Part shown: positions 47,316-56,884 of the stretch, piece after piece
Position numbering within the stretch: the stretch's first letter is position 1
How the letters are laid out: every line of letters starts with the position of its first letter
IMG/VR virus record: IMGVR_UViG_3300027413_000002
DNA: 64,000 nucleotides
DNA from: a virus
Direction: 5' to 3' (one strand)
Notes under the pieces: generated by a model
The model's input: the letters and a program-made list of their open reading frames with translations, nothing else
The model's database searches: none
What the model was told of the DNA's origin: nothing
Made by a program: the position numbers and the translations under genes

Positions 47316-48622
47316 CAGAACAAATCCGCGAGTGATGCCGTGCCAGCAGATGCTTGGGGATGATATTTGTCAAGCATCTCCTGTCCACCATGCTCTTGGA
47401 GGTAATCATACCATTCAGTGGCATCCCACATCTTGGTTGATACACCGTTCCAGAGAGGACGCCACTCGGGATGTTCTTCATTGAGTCGTCTGTAATCAAC
47501 ATACTGACGACGCAAAGTCTCGTAATCAAATGAACCCAACAGAGCCATCTTCTCACGAGCATAGGCGACGATCGAGATACGAATCGGATCGTCACCAATG
47601 ATTTCCGTATTACCGTGAATGCCTTCGTGATTGTTCACGAGCAGGAGATCTCCTGGATGCAACTCAACAGCAATGCGGAACTCAGGTAACACAAACAGAC
47701 AACCATCCCAACCTTTTTTACCATCTGGGGAGATGCAGCTGATATTAGAGAAACCCTCGGTGTAATCACCAGCGTCTCTGTGTGCAGCTGTGCGGAATGT
47801 ACGGTTGACTGTCAGTGTTGTGTATGGTGTATCAGGTACAACATACTTCGGGTCAATCGCGTCCGTAAATGCTTTCTGTTTCGCATATCGCTCGGGGAGT
47901 AACTCCTCGAACTGACGTGCCAGAGTCTGCAGATATGGATACGACTTTGCAAACAGTTCAGGATTCTTTTCGGTGTATGCTGTAGCGCGACCATATGGAA
48001 TCCGAGGATACCGATCGAACCAGCCAGCAATACCAGAATTCACTGTGTTTGCGTAGGAAGTGTCGGAGATATAGTTCTTGACCATATCTTTAGCTGCATC
48101 TTTGCGCTCTGAGGCAGACATAGGACGAACCGAGTCCAACCACCAGTCAAAGAATTCACTATACTCGACACCAGTTTTCTTGATTCGATCTCTGAGCCAA
48201 ACACGACCACGACCTGCCTCATCTGGCTTATGTCGAGCGATCGCATTTTCGATAGCATCAAAGTCTTCATCAAGAGATGAGTCAGGTGCAGTAAATATAG
48301 CGTCCAAGATATCCTCTTGAAGAGGTGTCACCCAGTCTCGCTTACCATTCTGCCCTGCTCGTGGTCCAGCTGCGAGTCCACGATTCTGTGTCTCGATTGC
48401 CGCTGGAGCCAATCCTTCAAATGCACCCTCTTGTTCAGCGGATGAAAACACACCCTTGCGGAACTTGAAGATTACATTGTGTTCACCGTTGCCCTCGTTG
48501 AATCTGTCGAGAGCATACAAATCTGTATCTGCTGTGATGATCTGGTCATAACTGGAATCATCCAGCCACTTACCAAGTTTATCGTCACAGTCTTGCTTTT
48601 CAATCGTTAATTCTTTTACCAT
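47315..48622 (-). CDS. TET/JBP-like 2OG-Fe(II) dioxygenase
   Basis: TTLTVNRTFRTAAHRDAGD (HxD), HEGIHGNT (distal H), RISIVAYARE. Confidence 0.85.
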   Translation of the reverse strand: MVKELTIEKQDCDDKLGKWLDDSSYDQIITADTDLYALDRFNEGNGEHNVIFKFRKGVFSSAEQEGAFEGLAPAAIETQNRGLAAGPRAGQNGKRDWVTPLQEDILDAIFTAPDSSLDEDFDAIENAIARHKPDEAGRGRVWLRDRIKKTGVEYSEFFDWWLDSVRPMSASERKDAAKDMVKNYISDTSYANTVNSGIAGWFDRYPRIPYGRATAYTEKNPELFAKSYPYLQTLARQFEELLPERYAKQKAFTDAIDPKYVVPDTPYTTLTVNRTFRTAAHRDAGDYTEGFSNISCISPDGKKGWDGCLFVLPEFRIAVELHPGDLLLVNNHEGIHGNTEIIGDDPIRISIVAYAREKMALLGSFDYETLRRQYVDYRRLNEEHPEWRPLWNGVSTKMWDATEWYDYLQEHGGQEMLDKYHPQASAGTASLADLF

Positions 48623-48637
48623 AATATATCATCCCGT

Positions 48638-48820
48638 TTAATTTAGTCCGATGAGTCCCCACCCGTGATTGGCTATTGCGTTGAGTATAATAAACCAACA
48701 TGTAGCCATATGAGTAATCCACCACACAGTACGGATAGCAGCAACAGTATTAGCTTGCTTATCTGTCTCGCCAACTTTTTCACCTAGACTTTTTGCCCAT
48801 ATTCTCCACCATTTATACAT
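48638..48820 (-). CDS. small membrane protein
   Basis: WRIWAKSLGEK motif; promoter-like TTGACA-17-TATAAT at 48847-48819 overlaps start. Confidence 0.55.
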   Translation of the reverse strand: MYKWWRIWAKSLGEKVGETDKQANTVAAIRTVWWITHMATCWFIILNAIANHGWGLIGLN

Positions 48821-48843
48821 TATACACCAGTCCCCTGTAAATG

Positions 48844-49230
48844 TCAAGCATTGTTTCTTTTTTCTCTCACATCTTTGACTGCTGCTTTGATCGCATCTTC
48901 TGCTAACACAGAACAATGAATCTTAACTGGGGGTAATGCCAGTTCTTCAGCAATCTGGGTGTTTTTGATCTGCTCGGCATCATCGATGCTTTTACCTTTG
49001 ACCCACTCAGTCAGCAATGAGCTGGAGGCAATAGCTGAACCACAGCCATAGGTTTTAAACTTGGCATCTTCAATAATGCCATCGTCGTTGACCTTGATTT
49101 GTAGACGCATTACATCACCACAGGCTGGTGCACCGACCATACCAGTTCCAACATTTTCTTCTTGTTCATCAAGTTTCCCGACATTGCGTGGATTCTCATA
49201 ATGATCGATTACTTTATCGCTGTATGCCAT
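48844..49230 (-). CDS. iscU: Fe-S cluster scaffold IscU
   Basis: YSDKVIDHYENPRNVG, GAPACGDVM, FKTYGCGSAIASSS, LPPVKIHCSVLAEDAI. Confidence 0.97.
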   Translation of the reverse strand: MAYSDKVIDHYENPRNVGKLDEQEENVGTGMVGAPACGDVMRLQIKVNDDGIIEDAKFKTYGCGSAIASSSLLTEWVKGKSIDDAEQIKNTQIAEELALPPVKIHCSVLAEDAIKAAVKDVREKRNNA

Positions 49231-50005
49231 CTCCCATCGCCTCGCTCAGAAGTTTTTTGTTGCGCACAACCTGATTGTAGTTGTAAGCGTTTCTTAAAAT
49301 AGACAAATCCACTCCTAGTTGACTTGCCGACTTCATAAAGGCACTGGTATCTTTCGGGAAGCAGTGCCCACCAAATCCTCGTTCTTCCGTCACAGTCATA
49401 TGGCTGTCACCAATACGTTCGTCACGGCTGACAAGATCCTTCACGTTATTATAATTTATACCTGCTTCTTCACAGAGATCGTAGATCTGATTGAAGAATG
49501 CAACCTTTGCAGCCAAGAAGCTGTTGACGGTATATTTCATCACTATGAGTTCTTTTGGATCGCGTCTGAACATCTCACAACCCTGCTTCCAGAATAGCGA
49601 TGCCCAGAACAGATCATCACCCCCACCAAAATACATTGACTCTCTGTTATTTATGTCCTCAAGCGCATGCTCTGCTCTCAGGAACTCAGGGCTGAATGTG
49701 ATTTCGTGGTCTGGATAGATCCCTTGGATATAATCCCATCCCTCGAGAGAGATAGTGCTTTTGATCAGGATAGGAATCCCAGCAGGACACTGATCAAGGA
49801 CATTAAACACATTGCTCATATCGCAATGACCATCCTTACTATCAGACATCGGTGTTGACACTGCGATAATCACAGCTTCTGGATTACCGATCTTATTCTT
49901 ATTGTGTGCTGGATCCACAATCGTTATGTCGTGCAACTTATGAACCGACAGAGCCATTTCGTGCGCTCGACCGACAAACCCATATCCAAAAATTGTTATC
50001 TTCAT
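49214..50005 (-). CDS. UDP-glucose/nucleotide-sugar dehydrogenase-like (short form)
   Basis: GYGFVG, IKSTI, FSPEFLR, K...NSFLA.KV.FFN, GFGGHCFPKD. Confidence 0.88.
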   Translation of the reverse strand: MKITIFGYGFVGRAHEMALSVHKLHDITIVDPAHNKNKIGNPEAVIIAVSTPMSDSKDGHCDMSNVFNVLDQCPAGIPILIKSTISLEGWDYIQGIYPDHEITFSPEFLRAEHALEDINNRESMYFGGGDDLFWASLFWKQGCEMFRRDPKELIVMKYTVNSFLAAKVAFFNQIYDLCEEAGINYNNVKDLVSRDERIGDSHMTVTEERGFGGHCFPKDTSAFMKSASQLGVDLSILRNAYNYNQVVRNKKLLSEAMGDGIQR

Positions 50006-50430
50006 TTGTATTGCTCCACGATTATATCATCACATTTGCTGAGGAACTTAATACCATCATCGCTTCGGAGGTGTGGTTTTTCCCAGACTACGCGCATAAT
50101 TCCTGCTTGGTAGATTAGTTTGGCGCAATCCATACAGGGTGCAGTGGTGCAGTATATCGTTGCGTCCATACAATTTTCTGATGACCTTGCGACCTTGGCG
50201 ATGGCATTCGTCTCAGCGTGCAACACTTCTGGTTTAGTGACTGGCATATTACCAAACTCGTCTGTGGTCTCACAGTTATTGTCCCAGCCAGAAGGCATGC
50301 CATTGTAACCGATCGAAATGATTCGGTTGTCCTTCACAATCACAGCACCAACCTGTAATCGTTTAGCGGTCGAGAGTTCCGAGTAAATCCTCGCAACCTT
50401 CATGTGTGCTTTATCCCATTTATTCATCAA
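50002..50430 (-). CDS. cd: dCMP deaminase
   Basis: VGAVIVKD, GYNG, LHAETNAI, PCMDC. Confidence 0.93.
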   Translation of the reverse strand: MMNKWDKAHMKVARIYSELSTAKRLQVGAVIVKDNRIISIGYNGMPSGWDNNCETTDEFGNMPVTKPEVLHAETNAIAKVARSSENCMDATIYCTTAPCMDCAKLIYQAGIMRVVWEKPHLRSDDGIKFLSKCDDIIVEQYK

Positions 50431-51061
50431 ATTCTCCTATCGATCCATAACTCAAAATCATATGGTATCTTGTTTCTTCGCTTGCGTTATACACATAATG
50501 GTCTCGGCAGGTGTCGACATTATATAATTTACCCTGTTCTAGATGATACACTTTCTGATTAGCGACATCTGACGCATCATACATAAAACAATACGGGTTT
50601 GTAACTACAGGATAGTGATACTTTCTAACACCATCTCTATGTAAAACCAATCCAGATTTTGGCTTCAACTCATTCAATGTAACCTTATGGAAGTCCACAC
50701 CAATCTTGTCTACTGCTTCTCTTACCTTTTGTGGAATTTCCTTGTTCCAATATTTGTAGTCGTCATCCATATAATTCAACAGACCTTTAGCATATGCCAC
50801 ATTGGTGAAGTGTTTGGTCATTCCTATCTCAAACACTTCTGGGTCATTGGCGTGTTTACCCGCAAACTCTTGCAATTGCTCTGGTGTCAAACTTATCTTT
50901 GGTGTATTCTCCTGCCAGTAGTTTGACTGCTCTGAGAATCTATTCTTCAGAAATATCTCAGCGCGACTAAACTCTTCAACAAAGGTAGATTGTTCTATTA
51001 TTATACTCAATTCGTCAACGATGTCAAGCACTAAATCTATTTCTTCTACCATATCGATCAT
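50420..51061 (-). CDS. 2OG-Fe(II) hydroxylase (Asp/Asn beta-hydroxylase-like)
   Basis: L.P.SGL..HRD, YHYPVVTN, H.VYN...RYH. Confidence 0.7.
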   Translation of the reverse strand: MIDMVEEIDLVLDIVDELSIIIEQSTFVEEFSRAEIFLKNRFSEQSNYWQENTPKISLTPEQLQEFAGKHANDPEVFEIGMTKHFTNVAYAKGLLNYMDDDYKYWNKEIPQKVREAVDKIGVDFHKVTLNELKPKSGLVLHRDGVRKYHYPVVTNPYCFMYDASDVANQKVYHLEQGKLYNVDTCRDHYVYNASEETRYHMILSYGSIGEFDE

Positions 51062-52377
51062 CTGTCTGCCCAGTCCTCGGCTTTCCAGCCCGAGCCTTTA
51101 TTTTCGTTTGGGTCAAATGGCAGGGGTTCTATTGAATCAAACCACTCAGCTGCCTCTTCGTCTAGAGACCAAATTAAATCTTGGAATTTTACATTCTCAC
51201 AGAAGTTGTCTCGATATAAAGTATAGCCCTTCATCTTTCTGATGATTTCTTCGTTGTCAAAGATGTGTGCCATCTTCTGCTTTTCATCACGATAGATTCG
51301 GAGGATATCCAACCCTCTCTCGAATCCTTCGTTCATATATTTTTTCAGAGATTCCTCCGCATTCGTGACAATGCGGTCGAAAATATGTTGAGGGAATAAT
51401 CTTATGTCCGCGAGACCGTGACCGCCTCCTGGATATTCTAGTGGTTCATTGACATAGATGTGATCATAAAACCTCACATCTTTATCGAAATACAGACGCT
51501 GATACTCCTCCATATTCATAATCATGGCAGAGGTATAGACAGCATTGACTTCGATTTCGAATCCGAGATCGTAATACTCGTTCCAAGTTTCCCAGCATTC
51601 ATCCCACTTCGCGCCATCGCGATTATATTCAAACACATCTCCCACGCCATCCATTGATGTTCTAAGTTCAATGTTTAATGGCTTTATCATCTCGGGAATA
51701 GACTTATTCTTCCACGTGTTGTGAGTGAGGTTGGTGTTATATTGTATTCGGATAGTCTTGACATAATCCGAGTACTCTGGGTCGTCTAGCAACTCAACAA
51801 GTTTGTCAGTAACTTTCCAGTGTACTGGCATCATCATCGGCTCGCCACCAGCCCAGTTTATCTTCTTACATCTTTTTTCCATAATAGATCGGATGATAGA
51901 ATCTGCTTGTGCTTGCTCATATGGTTTGTCCATATTATTTGGCCAATCAAAGCCATACATCTTCTTCTCGAGAGTCGCCCAAGTCGAACTGAGTACTGGT
52001 GTGCAAGTCTGGCATTGTAGATTACAGTGGACTGATTTATGTTCAAAATATTCTGGCTCGACATCCATCGAACCATCCTCGTTCACAAGGGGAATGAGTT
52101 CATCGACATTCCATTCTTGTAGTCCCTCTTGACGCAATGATTCAAGACCGTTGTCCTCCCGATAGTAACACACACCACACATGTCCAGCTTTTCTCCAGC
52201 CAGCATCCTGAGACGAATACTCTTCATCTCCTCGCTGTTCCACCACTCTTCATCAGTACGCTGTTTGTCTTGTGATACTCTGGGTGTTGATGAACAACAG
52301 AGTCTGCGTTCATTGCGCGTCCCTGTGTAGACGTGGTTCATAATATATGGACAGATTACATCAGACATCCCACTCAT
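51058..52377 (-). CDS. radical SAM protein with N-terminal twitch-like domain
   Basis: ICPY..RLCC..CGVCY; CNLQCQTC; AGGEP; NTNL; SMDG. Confidence 0.88.
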   Translation of the reverse strand: MSGMSDVICPYIMNHVYTGTRNERRLCCSSTPRVSQDKQRTDEEWWNSEEMKSIRLRMLAGEKLDMCGVCYYREDNGLESLRQEGLQEWNVDELIPLVNEDGSMDVEPEYFEHKSVHCNLQCQTCTPVLSSTWATLEKKMYGFDWPNNMDKPYEQAQADSIIRSIMEKRCKKINWAGGEPMMMPVHWKVTDKLVELLDDPEYSDYVKTIRIQYNTNLTHNTWKNKSIPEMIKPLNIELRTSMDGVGDVFEYNRDGAKWDECWETWNEYYDLGFEIEVNAVYTSAMIMNMEEYQRLYFDKDVRFYDHIYVNEPLEYPGGGHGLADIRLFPQHIFDRIVTNAEESLKKYMNEGFERGLDILRIYRDEKQKMAHIFDNEEIIRKMKGYTLYRDNFCENVKFQDLIWSLDEEAAEWFDSIEPLPFDPNENKGSGWKAEDWADR

Positions 52378-53143
52378 ACCCTGCCTTTTTCAATAGATTC
52401 ATTGTTATGTGAATATGTCTATTCGATCCATAGTGATGTAAATCTCTAGACAAGTCATGTTCTTGGAACAGAGAAAAATAATCATCACCATCACAAGGAT
52501 CGTGAATTAATGGTGTATTGAATTGATCACACACACTTTGCATGGCTCTCAACACTTTCTCTCTGTGTAGGATCCATTCATCTTCTATGGTGGGTAGTGG
52601 GAATGGCAACGACAATGTCCCATTAACAGTGTGGTGTTCATAACCCTCTGCTGGGGTGCACATAAACACGTGTGATGGCTTGATTTTCGGTAGCCAATAC
52701 AGCAGGACTCTGAATGCAGAATCTAGACTGCCATCGACAATCCCAAGATTATATGCTCTCACCTTCAGAGTTTGACTCAGACGAGTAGACCAAATTTTAC
52801 CCTCTGGCATACCGACACCGAATGTATTTGAATCACCGAGACATATTACACTGCGTTTCTTCGGTTCAGTCGGCATTTCCTCGCCTCTGAATCCATGAGA
52901 GTTTATTCTGTATGATAAATTGACCCAATCATTCATTCCCTTATCTTCGTGATTGTAGTCATATTTGTGACCGATGACACGGTCGCTGAGTTGTGGTGAA
53001 TGGTGGCTCCAACCATACTTTTCTAATTCGTAATAGTTGGTCTCACAGTTTTCTTTATACAGTTCCTCGGTGTCACCTGCGTAAAATGGGAGTTCATCAG
53101 GTGTGTGAACCTTCCCGTCTGATCTGCCCCATTCTTCTTTCAT
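52361..53143 (-). CDS. SGNH/GDSL-like protein
   Basis: YRINSHGFR, GDSNTFGVG, NLG..GS, RDLHH. Confidence 0.7.
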   Translation of the reverse strand: MKEEWGRSDGKVHTPDELPFYAGDTEELYKENCETNYYELEKYGWSHHSPQLSDRVIGHKYDYNHEDKGMNDWVNLSYRINSHGFRGEEMPTEPKKRSVICLGDSNTFGVGMPEGKIWSTRLSQTLKVRAYNLGIVDGSLDSAFRVLLYWLPKIKPSHVFMCTPAEGYEHHTVNGTLSLPFPLPTIEDEWILHREKVLRAMQSVCDQFNTPLIHDPCDGDDYFSLFQEHDLSRDLHHYGSNRHIHITMNLLKKAGYEWDV

Positions 53144-53146
53144 AAT

Positions 53147-53329
53147 CTATTCTTGCTCTTTGTCCTCGACCCACTTGTTAAATTGAGCAGAACCGACCTT
53201 ATCCTCAACCCATTCCAAAACTACTGCTGCTCCGATTGTGGCTCCTTTGCGTTCACCGAAGTAGTGGCCAACAAGATATGCGAGTCCAATACATGCCCAA
53301 GCGATAATAGTGTGTGTTAACGTATCCAT
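53147..53329 (-). CDS. small membrane protein
   Basis: N-terminal TM helix. Confidence 0.55.
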   Translation of the reverse strand: MDTLTHTIIAWACIGLAYLVGHYFGERKGATIGAAVVLEWVEDKVGSAQFNKWVEDKEQE

Positions 53330-54366
53330 TTGTTTTCCTTTATTTTACGAAACACTTGTTCAGCCGACTCCGTATAACTTACTTCTGTCGGGTGAACACC
53401 GTCTCGTGGCTGTCCTCTGGCGTACCACTCAGCTTTATCTTTCAAACCCTCAGTTCCAATAATAAGGGTTGATGCGATCATATTGGGATGAGTCTCATAC
53501 TTTTCTCTCAACTCAGCTGTAGCGTCTAACTTTGTGTACTCATCGTAACGCCACATAACAGCAATGTTTCTGGGATAATTTATCAATTTTCCAAGGTCAG
53601 CATCATATGCTTCTGTCATCATATCTATAACCGTTGAATCAAACTCTTTTGAGTCAAACTTGGCTCGGGTATGTTCATTATACCCACCAAGATCATACGA
53701 TTCTTTTACCTTCTTGAAGTGTGCTTTGAATATTCTTTTCCAGTTGTGATTACCGACCTGAATGGCATCTTCGAATTCAAGGCGTGTTACATCCCAAACC
53801 AAATGTGAAACTGTGCAAATTGGTTTCAGGATGTCAGACCAAGCATCTATAATACGCATCGATGATTTAGCACCACCATTATTGATACTCAGATTATATA
53901 CTGGCTTTCCAGTAATCTCCTGTAATTTATAACAAAATCCTTGCTCTTCGTTATGTCCTGTCGCAAATCCAGCACTGTTGCCAGTGACCAAAATACAATC
54001 TCCAATACCTTCGAGGTTATCGAGATCAGTCATATCTTTTTGTTCGCGATAACCATACTTGTTGAGTTTGTATTCAATTGGTTGAATTTGGTCATCGACC
54101 AACCATCCACTGTCGCGAAGATAATCTTCTCTTTCTGGGGTTACGAGACTACAAGAATCTGAGCCAAACCAAGCAAAGTTTGCATTCAATGCACTGGTCG
54201 GTGTTGACCTACCAAATGCATATGCCTCTGGTGGTAAATCGTACACAGGAGCGTGTTTTCCATATTGCATGCACGCCCTTGTTTGGCGATACATTTTGAT
54301 TACATCCTTGTCATCACGCCCAAGATTGATCATGACGGAGAACTTTCTCGGATAGTCTGTACCCAA
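53317..54366 (-). CDS. SGNH/GDSL-like protein
   Basis: YKLNKYGYR, GNSAGF, NLS..GG, RDGVHP. Confidence 0.62.
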   Translation of the reverse strand: MGTDYPRKFSVMINLGRDDKDVIKMYRQTRACMQYGKHAPVYDLPPEAYAFGRSTPTSALNANFAWFGSDSCSLVTPEREDYLRDSGWLVDDQIQPIEYKLNKYGYREQKDMTDLDNLEGIGDCILVTGNSAGFATGHNEEQGFCYKLQEITGKPVYNLSINNGGAKSSMRIIDAWSDILKPICTVSHLVWDVTRLEFEDAIQVGNHNWKRIFKAHFKKVKESYDLGGYNEHTRAKFDSKEFDSTVIDMMTEAYDADLGKLINYPRNIAVMWRYDEYTKLDATAELREKYETHPNMIASTLIIGTEGLKDKAEWYARGQPRDGVHPTEVSYTESAEQVFRKIKENKWIR

Positions 54367-54548
54367 GCATCTCGTGCCTGACTGCGCTCAAAGCAATCAT
54401 CGCGATACATATCTTTCAAGAAGTTTAGATTGTTCTCGATATATTCTTCAAGAGTGACTCTTGGGTCACCGAATGCATCACGTTCAACACAATTCTTATG
54501 CCACATGGTTGTTGCCCACTCTAGAAATTTAGTATCCTGTAACTTCAT
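54330..54548 (-). CDS. hypothetical protein
   Basis: Overlapping operon ORF. Confidence 0.6.
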   Translation of the reverse strand: MKLQDTKFLEWATTMWHKNCVERDAFGDPRVTLEEYIENNLNFLKDMYRDDCFERSQARDAWVQTIRESSPS

Positions 54549-55119
54549 GGTAGATTTCCTCCCAGTTTTTCATTGACTTAAACTCGCCCTTTGCTGTCAT
54601 ATTGTGTCCATGACGAACAAGTAAACTCTCAAACCCACAAGCTGCACCAACTTCTGCATTCTCAGGTTTGTCTTCAATCCAATAACAACCATTGTACGTC
54701 TCACTCAACTCACACAGAATCTCATCTTTGTCTGCGCCAGTATCAAGACAGATAACTTTCTCAAACGTGTTATCACCGAACAGCTTACTCAGGTTGCGCT
54801 CTCGAAGTTTCTGCGCATACGGATCCAGAGACAGACTTGTCACGGCAATGAATTTATATTTATGCTTCTCGTGCATCAACTTTATATAGTGTTGCGCATC
54901 ACGGAGAGGCGGCAGGAAACCGATCGAAGCAGAGGTATTAAACATGCGAACCATATGACGCGACACTGGCTTCTGGATGTTAAAACGGTTGTGGATACCA
55001 TACATCTTCTTATAATCTTTAACTGGAGTGTGTCCTTGGTTTACCATCCAAATGTCAAATGCCTCTTCCCAATCGAGGCACACTCCATCAACATCAGTAA
55101 GTATATACTTGTCCTTCAT
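54529..55119 (-). CDS. HAD-family 5'-nucleotidase-like (T4 30.2-like)
   Basis: ILTDVDGV, VTS, WIEDKPEN. Confidence 0.85.
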   Translation of the reverse strand: MKDKYILTDVDGVCLDWEEAFDIWMVNQGHTPVKDYKKMYGIHNRFNIQKPVSRHMVRMFNTSASIGFLPPLRDAQHYIKLMHEKHKYKFIAVTSLSLDPYAQKLRERNLSKLFGDNTFEKVICLDTGADKDEILCELSETYNGCYWIEDKPENAEVGAACGFESLLVRHGHNMTAKGEFKSMKNWEEIYHEVTGY

Positions 55120-55316
55120 TACAACTCCCATACACTGGAAAGGTCTTGTTGAATGACATGCCATTCAGCCATGGTAGTCTCGAGAGCGAAATCGCGCATC
55201 TCAGGACGATTGGCGAACTGCTCGTACACAGCATACTCAACGACTTTAGAAGTCTCGTTGTAGTTGCTTTCAGCAATTTCTTGACACTCATAAACAAATC
55301 GGCTCATCTTACTCAT
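55119..55316 (-). CDS. small early protein
   Basis: GGAG SD; promoter TTGACT-16-TATAAT at 55371-55344. Confidence 0.65.
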   Translation of the reverse strand: MSKMSRFVYECQEIAESNYNETSKVVEYAVYEQFANRPEMRDFALETTMAEWHVIQQDLSSVWEL

Positions 55317-55376
55317 AATCATTCTCCAACAAAATATACACTAATTATACTACAATCGAGGGGAAAGTCAAGCGTT

Positions 55377-55562
55377 TTATGCCTTTCCAGCAGCAACACG
55401 ATGACGAACCAGAGACAACTCTGTTCCTTCAAGACCCAGACGGATCTCGCGGACACGAGCCACGGCATCATCAATTACTTGCTCAATCGAGACATCACTG
55501 AATAGGACAGCAGAAGCCTTGGAGCCACTAGAAAATTCAACGGTTAGATCAGCTTTAAACAT
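55377..55562 (-). CDS. small early protein
   Basis: GAGAGAG leader; promoter TTGACT-16-TATAAT at 55622-55595. Confidence 0.65.
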   Translation of the reverse strand: MFKADLTVEFSSGSKASAVLFSDVSIEQVIDDAVARVREIRLGLEGTELSLVRHRVAAGKA

Positions 55563-55693
55563 ATTTCTCTCTCTTTTCTCTCAATTTATACTCTATTATA
55601 CCGCAGAGAGGACAGAAGTCAACACTTTTCTTGCTTTTTATACAATATAAATATACTGTAAATACAACAACTTATGAATTATTTGAGGTTATT

Positions 55694-56212
55694 ATGGCTA
55701 GAGCATCCCGATTTTTTGCGTTTCGAGCGCGGGATGAGTTCTGGATCGTTGATGAAAACACCCTCCAAGACGTCCCCAAACCCCGAGAACTGCTAATTAA
55801 ACTCTCCACAGTCGAGGCTGCGAGAGAATATGTGCTCACCCAAAACAAGACAGAGTTGCCTATAGTTGATAGGTGTCGAGATAGGACTGGCTGGCACACA
55901 CCAGAAGGTCGAGAGAGGATACGAAAAGCCAAAATAGGGGATAAACACCCCCATAAGGCTGGTCTTTCCGACGACCATAAGCGTAAAATTAAAGAAACAA
56001 TGACAGGTACTCGGGTTGGAGAGTTCAACCCCATGTATGGTCGCAGGCATTCCCCAGAAACAGTCGCCAAGATCCGTCAAAAAGCGTATGAAAGACCGAG
56101 GCGAAAGTGGTGTGTCGAACCAGATGGAAGCATGCACCTCATCCCAACCACCGATGACTTACCAGTTGGATGGCAGTGGGGAAGATATTTTGACCCGTAC
56201 AAACCTGTCTAG
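55694..56212 (+). CDS. NUMOD3-repeat DNA-binding protein (homing endonuclease-related, no nuclease domain evident)
   Basis: HTPEGRERIR, LSDDHKRKI, GEFNPMYGRRHSPETVAKI, GWQWGR; late promoter 55646-55653. Confidence 0.75.
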   Translation: MARASRFFAFRARDEFWIVDENTLQDVPKPRELLIKLSTVEAAREYVLTQNKTELPIVDRCRDRTGWHTPEGRERIRKAKIGDKHPHKAGLSDDHKRKIKETMTGTRVGEFNPMYGRRHSPETVAKIRQKAYERPRRKWCVEPDGSMHLIPTTDDLPVGWQWGRYFDPYKPV

Positions 56213-56884
56213 GATCTTGTCGTGCTGTTCTGGTCCAGGATGATATCCGTCTCTAGACTCTCCATACCACTCAAACGGGCTATGATCAGCGTAATGTAGA
56301 TTGGTATCTCTACAGATCCACTGAATGGCGTCCAGATTCTTTTGTTTTTGCACTGCAATCTGTGGTTCTGTCGAAATGTGCTCGAGAAAGAGTTTCTCCT
56401 TGAAATAACTTTCATCTGTGATTTCGTGACCGCCCATTTTCTGCACAATAATGTTGTGCCAGATCCCAGAAGACCATCCGACGCCATCTTCTCTAATAAA
56501 CTCTTGACGATTAGGTGCTGGTTCTAGGAGATAAACATTCTCTGGGTTAAGTTTTGGAACCCAATACCCAAGAATACGAGTGATTGTGTCCAGACCACAT
56601 GATGCTTGAGACAGGTTCACAAACTGGTCTTTGGTGTTGTGTTTGTATGCCCATCCGTCCTCTTGATTTAGACCAAATGCCAATGTAGTGCTATCGCCAA
56701 TGTATAGATCACATCCTTGTGCAGCGTCCTCCATTTCAAAATCCATACGGAATCCGTCTTGGTTGAAGCGATATCTAATTACTTCGCCTTCTTTGTCGAA
56801 TTTTGCACGATCTGGAGTGTCCATGATAAACCAGTCAACAGTTTGACCACAAACTTCTTGGTGATAATCAATCGGCTTTTGCAT
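56159..56884 (-). CDS. SGNH/GDSL-like protein
   Basis: YRFNQDGFR, GDSTTLAFG, NLS, RDGYHPG. Confidence 0.68.
   Translation of the reverse strand: MQKPIDYHQEVCGQTVDWFIMDTPDRAKFDKEGEVIRYRFNQDGFRMDFEMEDAAQGCDLYIGDSTTLAFGLNQEDGWAYKHNTKDQFVNLSQASCGLDTITRILGYWVPKLNPENVYLLEPAPNRQEFIREDGVGWSSGIWHNIIVQKMGGHEITDESYFKEKLFLEHISTEPQIAVQKQKNLDAIQWICRDTNLHYADHSPFEWYGESRDGYHPGPEQHDKILDRFVRVKISSPLPSNW

Noticed and set aside
17843-55622. CRISPR-like or transposon repeats
   Set aside because: Repeats are dispersed, irregularly spaced and coincide with -35/-10 boxes; there is no array, cas operon or transposase
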